This document shows positions 7,820-15,708 of a DNA stretch of 32,000 bases, piece after piece; position 1 is the first letter of the stretch; every line of letters begins with the position of its first letter. The stretch covers positions 630,001-662,000 of the forward strand of contig NC_010482.1 of NCBI RefSeq assembly GCF_000019605.1, given 5' to 3'. The notes beneath the pieces were generated by a model. It had not been told where the DNA came from and did no database searches. It saw nothing but the letters and a program-made list of their open reading frames with translations. The DNA comes from Candidatus Korarchaeum cryptofilum OPF8 (GTDB taxonomy: Archaea > Korarchaeota > Korarchaeia > Korarchaeales > Korarchaeaceae). The translations under genes were made by a program, and so were the position numbers.

Positions 7820-8629
7820 TCAAGTCCTGGGGGCGTAAACAGATGGGATCCCTGTTATTATATTCAAATCGAACTTCCTCGGCTTGTGAGCCAGTATGTA
7901 TCCGCTGTAAGCCCCTCTCCTCATGAAATCCACGTCCTCGAAGAATATCCATGAGAGGGCAATCGAGCTAGCTATGTCCCAGAAGTAAACGTGCATGGGA
8001 TGAGTTCCATCCTTCGTCAAGATTATCCTCGTCGTGTATCCGGTAAGGGGATCATGATCGTAGTGAGCTGTGAAGACAGGGCCCCTCTCATCGTACCTCT
8101 CAAGGAGGAAGTCCTTGTACCCCGTCATTATCGTGAACCTATCAGCTTCCTCCACTATGAATACGCCATCCCTCAGTATAGTGCTCACGCTCCCATAGAG
8201 CTTCACCAGATCGATCGGGTTGAAGTGAGGGGTACTCAAACCCCATAGGATAGCTATGTCCGCCTCTATCCCCGATTTGTACAGCTCCCTAGCGTCAGCA
8301 ACTAAGGCTTCAGCCTCTATTCCTGCGGCTCTGCTGAACTCCACCGCTTTCTCCAGCGCATCCTCCCTCAGATCCACGAAAGTGAGCTCCGCATCCCTGC
8401 CTAACTCAACTACCCTCTTGGCGAGGGCTATCCCCCCTACCCCGGTCCCGCTGCAGATATCGACGATCCTCACCCTCCCCCTCCTCAGTACCTCCTCGAT
8501 CCAGCGGTGCGAGATTATCTTACCGAACTCCTCGAGGGCTCCCTCATACCTCTCCTTCCCCTCCTTAGATAGGTCCTCGGGCCACCTGAACAACTTGTAG
8601 ATCTTCTTGAGGCTCTCCGGATCGAACAT
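7820..8629 (-). CDS. Class I SAM-dependent methyltransferase (substrate unknown)
   Basis: Motif I VDICSGTGVGG, acidic loop FVDLRE, motif-IV region DIAILWGLSTPHF. TATA aaatttataaag (revcomp of about 8652-8663) lies 28 nt upstream of ATG 8629. Confidence 0.75.
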   Translation of the reverse strand: MFDPESLKKIYKLFRWPEDLSKEGKERYEGALEEFGKIISHRWIEEVLRRGRVRIVDICSGTGVGGIALAKRVVELGRDAELTFVDLREDALEKAVEFSRAAGIEAEALVADARELYKSGIEADIAILWGLSTPHFNPIDLVKLYGSVSTILRDGVFIVEEADRFTIMTGYKDFLLERYDERGPVFTAHYDHDPLTGYTTRIILTKDGTHPMHVYFWDIASSIALSWIFFEDVDFMRRGAYSGYILAHKPRKFDLNIITGIPSVYAPRT

Positions 8630-8833
8630 CTAAGAGTTGCTCAGCTTAACTTTATAAATTTTTCAATAGCTCGAATCTTAGGGAAGTTATATCTCTCAAA
8701 TGATCGTGAAAGCTAGAGCTATGATGCATCGATCTAGAGAGCACAGTTTAAGGCTTCCCAGAGGAATTACCAACTTAAAGATCTCCATTCCCCCTGAAAG
8801 AGATCTATCTCAGCTTTCGCAAATTCCATTAAT

Positions 8834-8858
8834 GTCCGGAAACGATCGATTTCCGGAC
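8834..8858. other. Perfect 9-bp stem / 7-nt loop hairpin or palindromic site gtccggaaa-cgatcga-tttccggac in a non-coding gap
   Basis: The arms at 8834-8842 and 8850-8858 are exact reverse complements. Related CC(G/T)GAAA(C/G) words occur at about 8793 and about 8956. Confidence 0.5.
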
Positions 8859-9064
8859 AATTATGATGAGGCATTATCGCGACAGCTTTCGAGCGGGCTG
8901 AGTCGCCATTAAAGAGCCTTAATCTCAATTTCCGAATCCCTTATTGGGTCTAAGCTTCCTGAAACGTATATCTAAGTCAAGCGTGTGAGAATTCCCCAGC
9001 TGATCGCTCGATGAGGGCTTAATTTCTGTTAAAGCATTAAATAATAGACCCGCATGTATCATCG

Positions 9065-9689
9065 ATGAACGAGGAGTGCATGTTCATCCTCTCGCTCCTC
9101 TCGGAGAGGCCTAGATCCCTCTCCGAGATATCATCTGAGGCATCTATATCGAGAGCGAGCGCTCACAGGTATTTGAGTGAACTAGAGGGGAGGGATTCTT
9201 AAGCGTGGAAGATCCTACTGCCTGACGGATAGGGCTAGGATCCTCCTCAACCTAGAGCCAAAGGATGTCCTAGGTATATTCCTGATAGAGAAGCTGTTCC
9301 TGAGGGCCGTTAGGCTGAGGGCGGGAGGATGGGAAAGGGGTTTGGAGCTTCTGGAGAGATGCTCAGGGGGGAAGGGCTATGTCCTCGGATATGAGACGGC
9401 TGCATATCTGAGGACGGGATACCAGCTTCCATCCGCGACCTTCGCTTATGTGAGGGGAAAGGATCTAGATGATTGGCTCTCCTGCCTGAACCTGAGGAGG
9501 GGGGAGATTGGAGATCTCGTCCTGATACCTGTGAGGGAGCTTCCATCATTCGAACTCATCGGAGGGAAGCTCGTTGTTAATATTGAAAGGCTCAGATTGG
9601 AGCTCCTCGCATGGCTCGGGAGGGGGGTCATTGACCTCGCCGCACTGGGACAGGCTTTGCCTCATGGGGTGAAGGATTCCTCAGAGTGA
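9065..9689 (+). pseudogene. wHTH plus AbiEi-like C-terminal domain regulator, interrupted by a +1 frameshift at the G-rich run 9185-9196
   Basis: Frame 2 from ATG 9065 reads MNEECMFILSLLSERPRSLSEISSEASISRASAHRYLSELEGRDS*. Frame 3 continues (R)GGILKRGRSYCLTDRARILL...GYVLGYETAAYLRTGYQLP...VVNIERLRLELLAW...* at 9689. Joined, the sequence reads as an uninterrupted HTH-wing. TATA cattaaataatag (9035-9047) lies 24 nt upstream of the ATG. Confidence 0.65.
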
Positions 9690-9763
9690 TTCCTACATAA
9701 CGATGAACCGAATCCTAAAGGACTCTCAGCATAAAAAATCTAAGGGATCTAGAGTCGAGGACT

Positions 9764-10183
9764 CTAGGCATCTCGGGAATTCGAGGCTCTGTGAATCGAT
9801 GCCCTCATCAAGATTATCAAATACATCAGAGCTCCTATCGGTAGAGTCAGTACGCAGAACTCGTGAATTGGGAGGGATGGATTGTATAGTGGATTCTCCT
9901 CGATCGGGTAGAACGGCCTTATGTCTCCGTAGAGGGGAGAGTCCAGTAGGACGTGAGAGAGCGTCCCGATCACTCCAGCTAGCAGGAAGGAGGCATCATC
10001 GTAATCATCCCCCAGATGCACCACTAGATCCGGGTTCGATTCTCTGAGCTTATTCAAGATCGATCTTATGTTCTCCACCTCACCGTGAGTATCGCTGATG
10101 ACCACGATCATACTGATCCTCAGATTGGGGAAGCGGTGAGATAAATCCAGGGGGTCCTCTATCTGCATAATGTTATCGATCAA
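9764..10183 (-). CDS. Metallophosphoesterase-like protein, degenerate (only motifs I-II recognisable)
   Basis: MIVVISDTHG and VVHLGDD match calcineurin-like/YfcE-type motifs I and II. The GNxD and GHTH motifs are not recognisable and the C-terminus is hydrophobic. The TTG start overlaps the epimerase stop (TTGA). Alternative ATG starts are at 10168 and 10111. Confidence 0.45.
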   Translation of the reverse strand: MIDNIMQIEDPLDLSHRFPNLRISMIVVISDTHGEVENIRSILNKLRESNPDLVVHLGDDYDDASFLLAGVIGTLSHVLLDSPLYGDIRPFYPIEENPLYNPSLPIHEFCVLTLPIGALMYLIILMRASIHRASNSRDA

Positions 10184-11097
10184 ACTCCGAAAACTATCCT
10201 ACCCTCCTTGTAGGCCTCTATTAGCTCCTCTATCCCTCTCCTCAACCCCACTTCAGCCCTGAATCCCAGCTCCTCCTCGGCTAATGATGTATCGGCGCAA
10301 GTCCTGTAAACGTAGTTCTTTATCGGGTTGGGCCTGAACTCCAGCCTGAGGGGCAGCTTCTCAGCTATTATCGAAGCTAGTTCCCTGAAGCTGGTCTCGA
10401 CTCCAGTACCGACATTGAATATCCCGCTTACTCCAGCTTCCATAGCTATTATGAAAGCCCTAGCAACATCCCTGACGTGTATGAAATCCCTTGTCTGATT
10501 CCCATCCCCGAAGATTATGAAAGGCTTGCCTTCCATGGCTGCCCATATCATCTGAGATGCCACATTAGCGTACCTCCCCTTCTGCCTCTCATTGGGCCCA
10601 TAGACGCTGAATAGCCTCAGACCAACAGATCTAACCCCATATAGGCTTTGATAGACGCTCGAGATCCTCTCCATGAAGTACCTGGCTTCAGTGTAGAGGT
10701 CCATGGGCTTTATGAGCGCATCCTCCCTGTGAGGAGGGTCTATCCCATTGTAGAGGGAGGAAGTGGATGCGTAGATGAGGCTCAGATCCCTCTTCCTAGC
10801 GTACTCTATTATCTCTATGAACTCCCCGAGGGAGCCGGAAACTAAGCTGGGATCCTCCCTGTACATGGGGCTGGATGATGGGATCCCCAAGTGCAATATC
10901 GCTTCCACATCATCAAGCTCGACTAACTTAGATGCCTCGCCCTCTATTACTTTAGCTCCCCTCCCCCTCAGTACCTCGGCCGCATCCCTCGATCCGGTCA
11001 TGAAGTTATCTATTATGGCTACTTCCTTCCCCATATTGAGCAGCATGAGGGCTATGTTGCTCCCTATGAAGCCAGCTCCACCGGTGACCACTATCAT
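10180..11097 (-). CDS. NAD-dependent epimerase/dehydratase (extended SDR, UDP-sugar epimerase-like)
   Basis: MIVVTGGAGFIGSN Rossmann motif, ASTSSLYG, LRLFSVYGP, GDGNQTRDFIHVRDV. The catalytic motif reads YTEAR (YxxxR) rather than YxxxK. Confidence 0.85.
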   Translation of the reverse strand: MIVVTGGAGFIGSNIALMLLNMGKEVAIIDNFMTGSRDAAEVLRGRGAKVIEGEASKLVELDDVEAILHLGIPSSSPMYREDPSLVSGSLGEFIEIIEYARKRDLSLIYASTSSLYNGIDPPHREDALIKPMDLYTEARYFMERISSVYQSLYGVRSVGLRLFSVYGPNERQKGRYANVASQMIWAAMEGKPFIIFGDGNQTRDFIHVRDVARAFIIAMEAGVSGIFNVGTGVETSFRELASIIAEKLPLRLEFRPNPIKNYVYRTCADTSLAEEELGFRAEVGLRRGIEELIEAYKEGRIVFGV

Positions 11098-11143
11098 ATT
11101 TACCCGGCATGCGGGCCGGGGGAATTGATAAAATTTCCGACGA

Positions 11144-11152
11144 TTTTATATT
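11144..11152 (+). promoter_or_regulatory. TATA box (ttttatatt) for the AIM24-family gene
   Basis: Its centre is 25 nt upstream of ATG 11173. An oppositely oriented attttat at about 11127-11133 can serve the divergent epimerase gene. Confidence 0.5.
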
Positions 11153-11172
11153 CCGGGGGTGCTCCAGGCCCT

Positions 11173-11868
11173 ATGGAGTATGAGATAAGGTACAGGCCAT
11201 CTTACAGTATGTTGGTAGTTAAACTGAACCAGGGGGAGACGATAACGGCTGAAGCTGGAGCCATGACTTATATGACGCCGAATATACAGATGAAGACGAG
11301 GGCCAGGGCTGGGGTGCTCGATACAATCAAGCTAGGGGTCCTCGGGGGCCAGTCCTTCTTCGTCAACGATTACACCGCTGTAGGAGGGCCGGGTGAGGTA
11401 GCCTTAGCATCGGCCCCTCTGGGGGATATAGAGAAGCTCACCTTGGACGGGAGGGGGTACATAATACAGAGGTCCTCTTATGTGGCCTCGGACCCTACGG
11501 TAGAGCTCGATATAAAGTGGCAGGGCTTCACTAAGGGGATATTCGGGCAGGGCCTCTTCATGATAAAGACATCTGGGAGGGGGAATTTGTTCATAAATAC
11601 TTTCGGAGCCATAGATAGGCATGAGCTATCCGCTGGAGAATCTCTGATAGTCGACAATTTCCATTTAGTTGCTTTCTCAGATACGTGCTCTTACGAAGTG
11701 AGGAGGATGGGCGGACTGAAGGAGCTCGCTTTGAGCGGAGAAGGACTCGTTGTCGAGGTAAGAGGACCTGGAGAAGTCTTGATACAGACGAAGAACATAT
11801 CCGAGTTCGCCAATTGGATCTGGCAGTTGCTGGAGCCGAAGGTAAGAGCTACTATGGGAGCGAGATGA
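11173..11868 (+). CDS. AIM24/TIGR00266-family protein (DUF124)
   Basis: MEYEIRYRPSYSMLVVKLNQGETITAEAGAMTYM is the characteristic N-terminus of this family. The start is moved from the track's 11125 to ATG 11173 on promoter spacing. Confidence 0.75.
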   Translation: MEYEIRYRPSYSMLVVKLNQGETITAEAGAMTYMTPNIQMKTRARAGVLDTIKLGVLGGQSFFVNDYTAVGGPGEVALASAPLGDIEKLTLDGRGYIIQRSSYVASDPTVELDIKWQGFTKGIFGQGLFMIKTSGRGNLFINTFGAIDRHELSAGESLIVDNFHLVAFSDTCSYEVRRMGGLKELALSGEGLVVEVRGPGEVLIQTKNISEFANWIWQLLEPKVRATMGAR

Positions 11869-11880
11869 ACTCCTCTGAGA

Positions 11881-12300
11881 TCAGAATATGATGAAGTATG
11901 AAGCCCCTATGAGGGAGAGGATCCCTATCATCGTATCCGCTCTGCCTCCTGTCCTCAGGGGGCCGCTCAACTTCCACTTGGAGAGGGGGTAGAACCACAT
12001 AACCCCTACTTTGGTCGAGCTGTCCATGAGGAGATGGGAAATTATTCCTATTGAGGAGAGCTCAGCTACCAGAGGGCTGCCCGTCAGATGAAGAATCGCA
12101 TATGCCGCAGCTGCCGTGAACCAGATGTTGTGGAAGGTCTTCCTGTGCTCTACGAGGGGAAAGCCCCTCAGAGCGAGGTCTAGATCGGGTAGCATGGCTG
12201 ATATGAGGACTATAGGAACGAAGAGAAGCTGCTGAGGGCTGAACCTGAAGAGATAAGCTGAGAGGAGCAGTGCGAATGCTAAATGAGTTCTCTTGCTCAT
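11881..12300 (-). CDS. Membrane-bound metal-dependent hydrolase, YdjM/DUF457 family
   Basis: Small polytopic protein with His-rich motifs (KRTHLAF, EHRKTFHN, ISHLLMDS) typical of DUF457. Confidence 0.65.
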   Translation of the reverse strand: MSKRTHLAFALLLSAYLFRFSPQQLLFVPIVLISAMLPDLDLALRGFPLVEHRKTFHNIWFTAAAAYAILHLTGSPLVAELSSIGIISHLLMDSSTKVGVMWFYPLSKWKLSGPLRTGGRADTMIGILSLIGASYFIIF

Positions 12301-12363
12301 AATGGGATCGACCCCATAGGTAGGGAATGGCTAAATAAAAGATGCCTTGGTGATTCGAATTCT

Positions 12364-13314
12364 TCAAGCGGGCCTGAGCTTCCTCGAGAGCCTCTCCAGC
12401 ATGTCCTTCACCATAGCTTCGAACGTCCAATCCGGCTTCCATCCCCACTCCATCCTGGCTAAGCTATCATCTAAGCTCCTGGGCCAGGAATCAGCTATTT
12501 TCTGCCTGAAATCCGGCTTGTACTCCACTTCGAAGTTGGGTAAGTGCTTCCTTATCTCCTCAGCTATCTGCCCGGGAGTGAAGCTGAAGGCGGCGACATT
12601 ATAGCCTACTAGTATCGTTAGCTTCGAGCGTTCAGCGTTCATCAGCTGTATAGCTGCCTTTATAGCGTCCGGCATGTACATCATAGGCAGCATCGTATCT
12701 TCCCTAAGGTAACAAGTGTACTTCTTCCCCTCAAGAGCGTAATAGAATATTTCAACAGCGTAATCCGTCGTACCTCCCCCGGGCATGGCTTCGCTGCTTA
12801 TTATACCTGGATACCTCACCCCCCTCACATCTACATCGAACTTCTCAGCGTAGTACCTGGCTAGGAGCTCCCCAGCGTACTTGGAGATACCGTAGATAGT
12901 CCTCGGATCCATAACAGTCACTTGAGGCGTGTTATCTCTGGGTGTGCTAGGCCCGAATGCCGCTATTGAGCTCGGCCAGAAAACCCTTAGCTTGTACTCC
13001 CTAGCTAGCTCGAGCACATTGTATAAGCCATCCATATTCGTCCTCCAGGCCAATTGCGGATTCCTCTCACCAGCAGCTGATAGAATGGCTGAAAGGTGAT
13101 ATATCTCATCGACATCGTACTTCTTTATCGCTCCCTCTATCGATTTGATATCTAGGACGTCAACTCTCTCAACCGGACCGTCCAGAAGAGCTCCCGAGGG
13201 CTGCTTGCTGTGGTAACAAGCTATTACATTATCCCTTCCATGGATCTTCCTCAGCTCAGGGACTAGCTCAGCCCCTATCTGCCCGGTAGCCCCGAGCACG
13301 AGGATCTTAGTCAT
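12364..13314 (-). CDS. tdh: L-threonine 3-dehydrogenase, epimerase-like (short-chain) type
   Basis: ILVLGATGQIGAEL, YGISKYAGE (YxxxK), PGGGTTDYAVEIFYYA and LPMMYMPD are signatures of SDR-type TDH. It lies 9 nt downstream of kbl. Confidence 0.85.
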   Translation of the reverse strand: MTKILVLGATGQIGAELVPELRKIHGRDNVIACYHSKQPSGALLDGPVERVDVLDIKSIEGAIKKYDVDEIYHLSAILSAAGERNPQLAWRTNMDGLYNVLELAREYKLRVFWPSSIAAFGPSTPRDNTPQVTVMDPRTIYGISKYAGELLARYYAEKFDVDVRGVRYPGIISSEAMPGGGTTDYAVEIFYYALEGKKYTCYLREDTMLPMMYMPDAIKAAIQLMNAERSKLTILVGYNVAAFSFTPGQIAEEIRKHLPNFEVEYKPDFRQKIADSWPRSLDDSLARMEWGWKPDWTFEAMVKDMLERLSRKLRPA

Positions 13315-13323
13315 TTTGACACC

Positions 13324-14529
13324 CTATATTATACCCAGGCTCCTCCCAGCTTTCTCGTAGGCTGATAGAGCCCTATCCAAGTCCTCCTTAGTGTGACCTG
13401 CGCTCACCTCATTCCTTATCCTCTCGGTACCTCTAGCCACCATAGGGTAGACTATGGGCACTACGAAGATCCCCATATCGTAAAGCATCTTAGCTAGCTC
13501 CCTCGTCTTCTTCGTATCCCCTATTATAGCTGGTATTATCGGCGTCTGGCTCTTCCCCGTGTTGAAGCCCAGCTCATCCAATCCCTTCTTGAAGTACTCC
13601 CTGTTCTCCCAGAGCTTCCTTATCCTCTCCTTCTCAGTCATCACTATCTCCAAAGCCTTAATATTAGCAGCAACTACAGCAGGCGGGAATCCAGTGCTCA
13701 GGAGCCAGCTCCTGGCCCTGTTCCTTATATACTCTATTATATCGCGATCAGATCCTATCATACCGCCCGTGGAGCCTAATGCTTTGGAGAAGGTCCCCAT
13801 GTGGAAGTCCACCTTATCCTCCACTCCGTAATGAGCTGGTGAGCCCCTTCCCTCCCCGAGCACCCCCTCGCCATGGGCATCGTCGACGTAGACCATGGCG
13901 TTGAACTCATCGGCTAGCTTAGTTATCCCATCCAAGGGAGCTATGTCACCGTCCATCGAGAAGACCCCGTCAGTTATTATCAATATCTTGTTGTACTTCT
14001 TGTGGACCTGCCTCAGCTTATCCTCGAGATCCGCCAGATCGCAGTGCTTGTATATTATCTTCTCAGCCCTGGAGAGCCTTATCCCATCTATTATGCTCCC
14101 GTGATTCAGCTCATCTGATACTATTATGTCCCCCTGATCCACTATAGCCGGTATGGAGCCGACATTAGTTGCGTAACCCGTCGGGAAGACCAAGGCTGCT
14201 TCCGTCCTCTTGAACTCCGCTACCTTCCTCTCCAACTCAGCCATGAGCTCGGGATAACCGGCTATCGCCCAAACGGCCCCCGGACCCCATCCGTACTTCT
14301 CTATAGCTTCGATAGCAGCTCTCTTGAGCCTGGGATCGTTGGCCAAATTCAGGTAGTTGTTTGTGGAGAGCATTATGAACTCCCTGCCTTCCACTACAGC
14401 CCGGGGACCCGTGGGGCCCATCAGCCTCCTTATCTCCCATATCTCCCCTCTCTCAACGAGCTCCTTGAGCTTAGCAGCATAATAGTCCCTGACCCATCCG
14501 CGGGCCATGAAAATCACCATTTTGATCAT
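13324..14529 (-). CDS. kbl: 2-amino-3-ketobutyrate CoA ligase (glycine C-acetyltransferase)
   Basis: NNYLNLANDP, DELNHGSIIDG, TDGVFSMDGD, VDDAHGEGVLGEGRG and GTFSKALG parallel E. coli Kbl. The tdh neighbour supports kbl over bioF. Alternative starts are at 14520 and 14508. Confidence 0.9.
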   Translation of the reverse strand: MIKMVIFMARGWVRDYYAAKLKELVERGEIWEIRRLMGPTGPRAVVEGREFIMLSTNNYLNLANDPRLKRAAIEAIEKYGWGPGAVWAIAGYPELMAELERKVAEFKRTEAALVFPTGYATNVGSIPAIVDQGDIIVSDELNHGSIIDGIRLSRAEKIIYKHCDLADLEDKLRQVHKKYNKILIITDGVFSMDGDIAPLDGITKLADEFNAMVYVDDAHGEGVLGEGRGSPAHYGVEDKVDFHMGTFSKALGSTGGMIGSDRDIIEYIRNRARSWLLSTGFPPAVVAANIKALEIVMTEKERIRKLWENREYFKKGLDELGFNTGKSQTPIIPAIIGDTKKTRELAKMLYDMGIFVVPIVYPMVARGTERIRNEVSAGHTKEDLDRALSAYEKAGRSLGII

Positions 14530-14615
14530 GCCCAGTAAAAGATATAAAGTTTATCGGGCGGAGCTCTTTTATAAATGCTCCTGAAGTCCTCCGGATGATC
14601 TCGCGGAGCTCCGAA

Positions 14616-15167
14616 TCAGCTACTATCCGATTCACCTACCGGGAGGAATATCAGGCCGGAGCTATCGCCGTATGCAATAGCTCTCCCCCTCCCCTTCTCC
14701 CTCGCAACTATAGCGCATACGAAGGAATCGAGCTCATCCAAGCTCTTTGGCTCCCTTATGAGCCTTATTCCAGTTACCTCCTCAAGCCTCCTCGCAGCCT
14801 CTGGTATCTCCCTCTTTCTCCTCGGCTTCCTGATCCCCATCATTTTGTAGACGGCCGTCGGGAATGTCTCTATCACCTCGAATCTCAGCCTCCTCGAGAG
14901 GAGGAACCCCCTCTCGGATAGCTTCCTCATGTGACTGAAGCTCGGTGGGAGCACTCTGAATCCCATCTTTATCAGCATCCTATCGCATCCCCTCAGCTCT
15001 GGCTTATCAGTGAGCGGAGCATCTATAGCTATGACCAGAGGCCTTATCTTCTCAGCGAAATCCACTATCTCATCATCCGAATTCAGCGATAATGTATATG
15101 CCCTCTCCCCCTCTATCACGCATATCCCTGAGGGCCTCCTCTCGTATGCTGAGAGGTCTATCCCCAT
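14616..15167 (-). CDS. DUF429-family protein (predicted RNase H-fold nuclease, COG2410-like)
   Basis: MGIDLS...GICVIEG, AIDAPL and DSFVCAIVA fit the DUF429 pattern (GiD...iDaPl...Da..cA). Confidence 0.6.
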   Translation of the reverse strand: MGIDLSAYERRPSGICVIEGERAYTLSLNSDDEIVDFAEKIRPLVIAIDAPLTDKPELRGCDRMLIKMGFRVLPPSFSHMRKLSERGFLLSRRLRFEVIETFPTAVYKMMGIRKPRRKREIPEAARRLEEVTGIRLIREPKSLDELDSFVCAIVAREKGRGRAIAYGDSSGLIFLPVGESDSS

Positions 15168-15176
15168 GAAAATCGC

Positions 15177-15668
15177 TCATCCCTCCCTCAAGATACTCCT
15201 CAACCTCGGCCTGATGAGCGCTACTCCGAAGGAAGTAGTCGCCTCTGTCATGGGGCCTATCAGGAAGATAGATCCTCCCATGACGGGGAGGAAGAGTCCT
15301 ATCAGCCCGACTATGAGGGCCTGTATGGGGCTCAATCCGAAGAGCATGTAGAGTATCGAGGAGTTCGCGACATCGAATATGAACTCGGATAGGAAGGAGA
15401 GGAGGAAAAGAAGCTCCCTCCTCTCTGTCCTTATATACCCCCATATTAAGCCTATTATACCGCATAGAGCTGAATTAACTGCCGTCCATGGTCCTATCCC
15501 GAAGAGGACGTCCGAGACAGCGTAGCTCATGATACCGGTCAGCAGCCCCGCGCAGGGGGAGATGGAGGAAGCTATTAGTGTGAACATGAAAGGGAAGTTT
15601 ATCACTTGAATGGCCCCTATGATTAAGTGCTTCACGACCCTCATGGCTATTGAGAGGGCGGTCATCAT
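15177..15668 (-). CDS. Small polytopic membrane protein (ECF-transporter S-component-like)
   Basis: About 5 predicted TM helices, Gly-rich. The start is placed at ATG 15668 (MMTALSIAM...). The track start 15731 overlaps the upstream SDR gene by 23 nt. Family assignment is weak. Confidence 0.4.
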   Translation of the reverse strand: MMTALSIAMRVVKHLIIGAIQVINFPFMFTLIASSISPCAGLLTGIMSYAVSDVLFGIGPWTAVNSALCGIIGLIWGYIRTERRELLFLLSFLSEFIFDVANSSILYMLFGLSPIQALIVGLIGLFLPVMGGSIFLIGPMTEATTSFGVALIRPRLRSILREG

Positions 15669-15708
15669 GCCCACAGTAGCCACTGTCCTGCTGCCCCTAC
15701 ACGGCACC

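Noticed and set aside
7820-8629. Methyltransferase as the modification half of a restriction-modification system.
   Set aside because: I could not see a (D/N/S)PP(Y/F) or PCQ-type DNA-MTase catalytic motif or a target-recognition domain. It looks like a generic small-molecule/RNA-type class I MTase, so the R-M idea is kept only as a weak hypothesis.
8863-8902. Possible C/D box sRNA (ATGATGA ... CTGA). A similar TTGATGA ... CTGA occurs at about 2338-2372.
   Set aside because: Only 20-28 nt separate the C-like and D-like boxes. There are no internal D'/C' boxes and no terminal complementary stem, so the element is too short and incomplete.
8700-8912. 70-aa ORF in the MTase/wHTH intergenic region.
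   Set aside because: It has Arg/Ser-rich composition unlike neighbouring genes, no promoter at the right spacing, and a perfect DNA hairpin inside it. It is probably non-coding.
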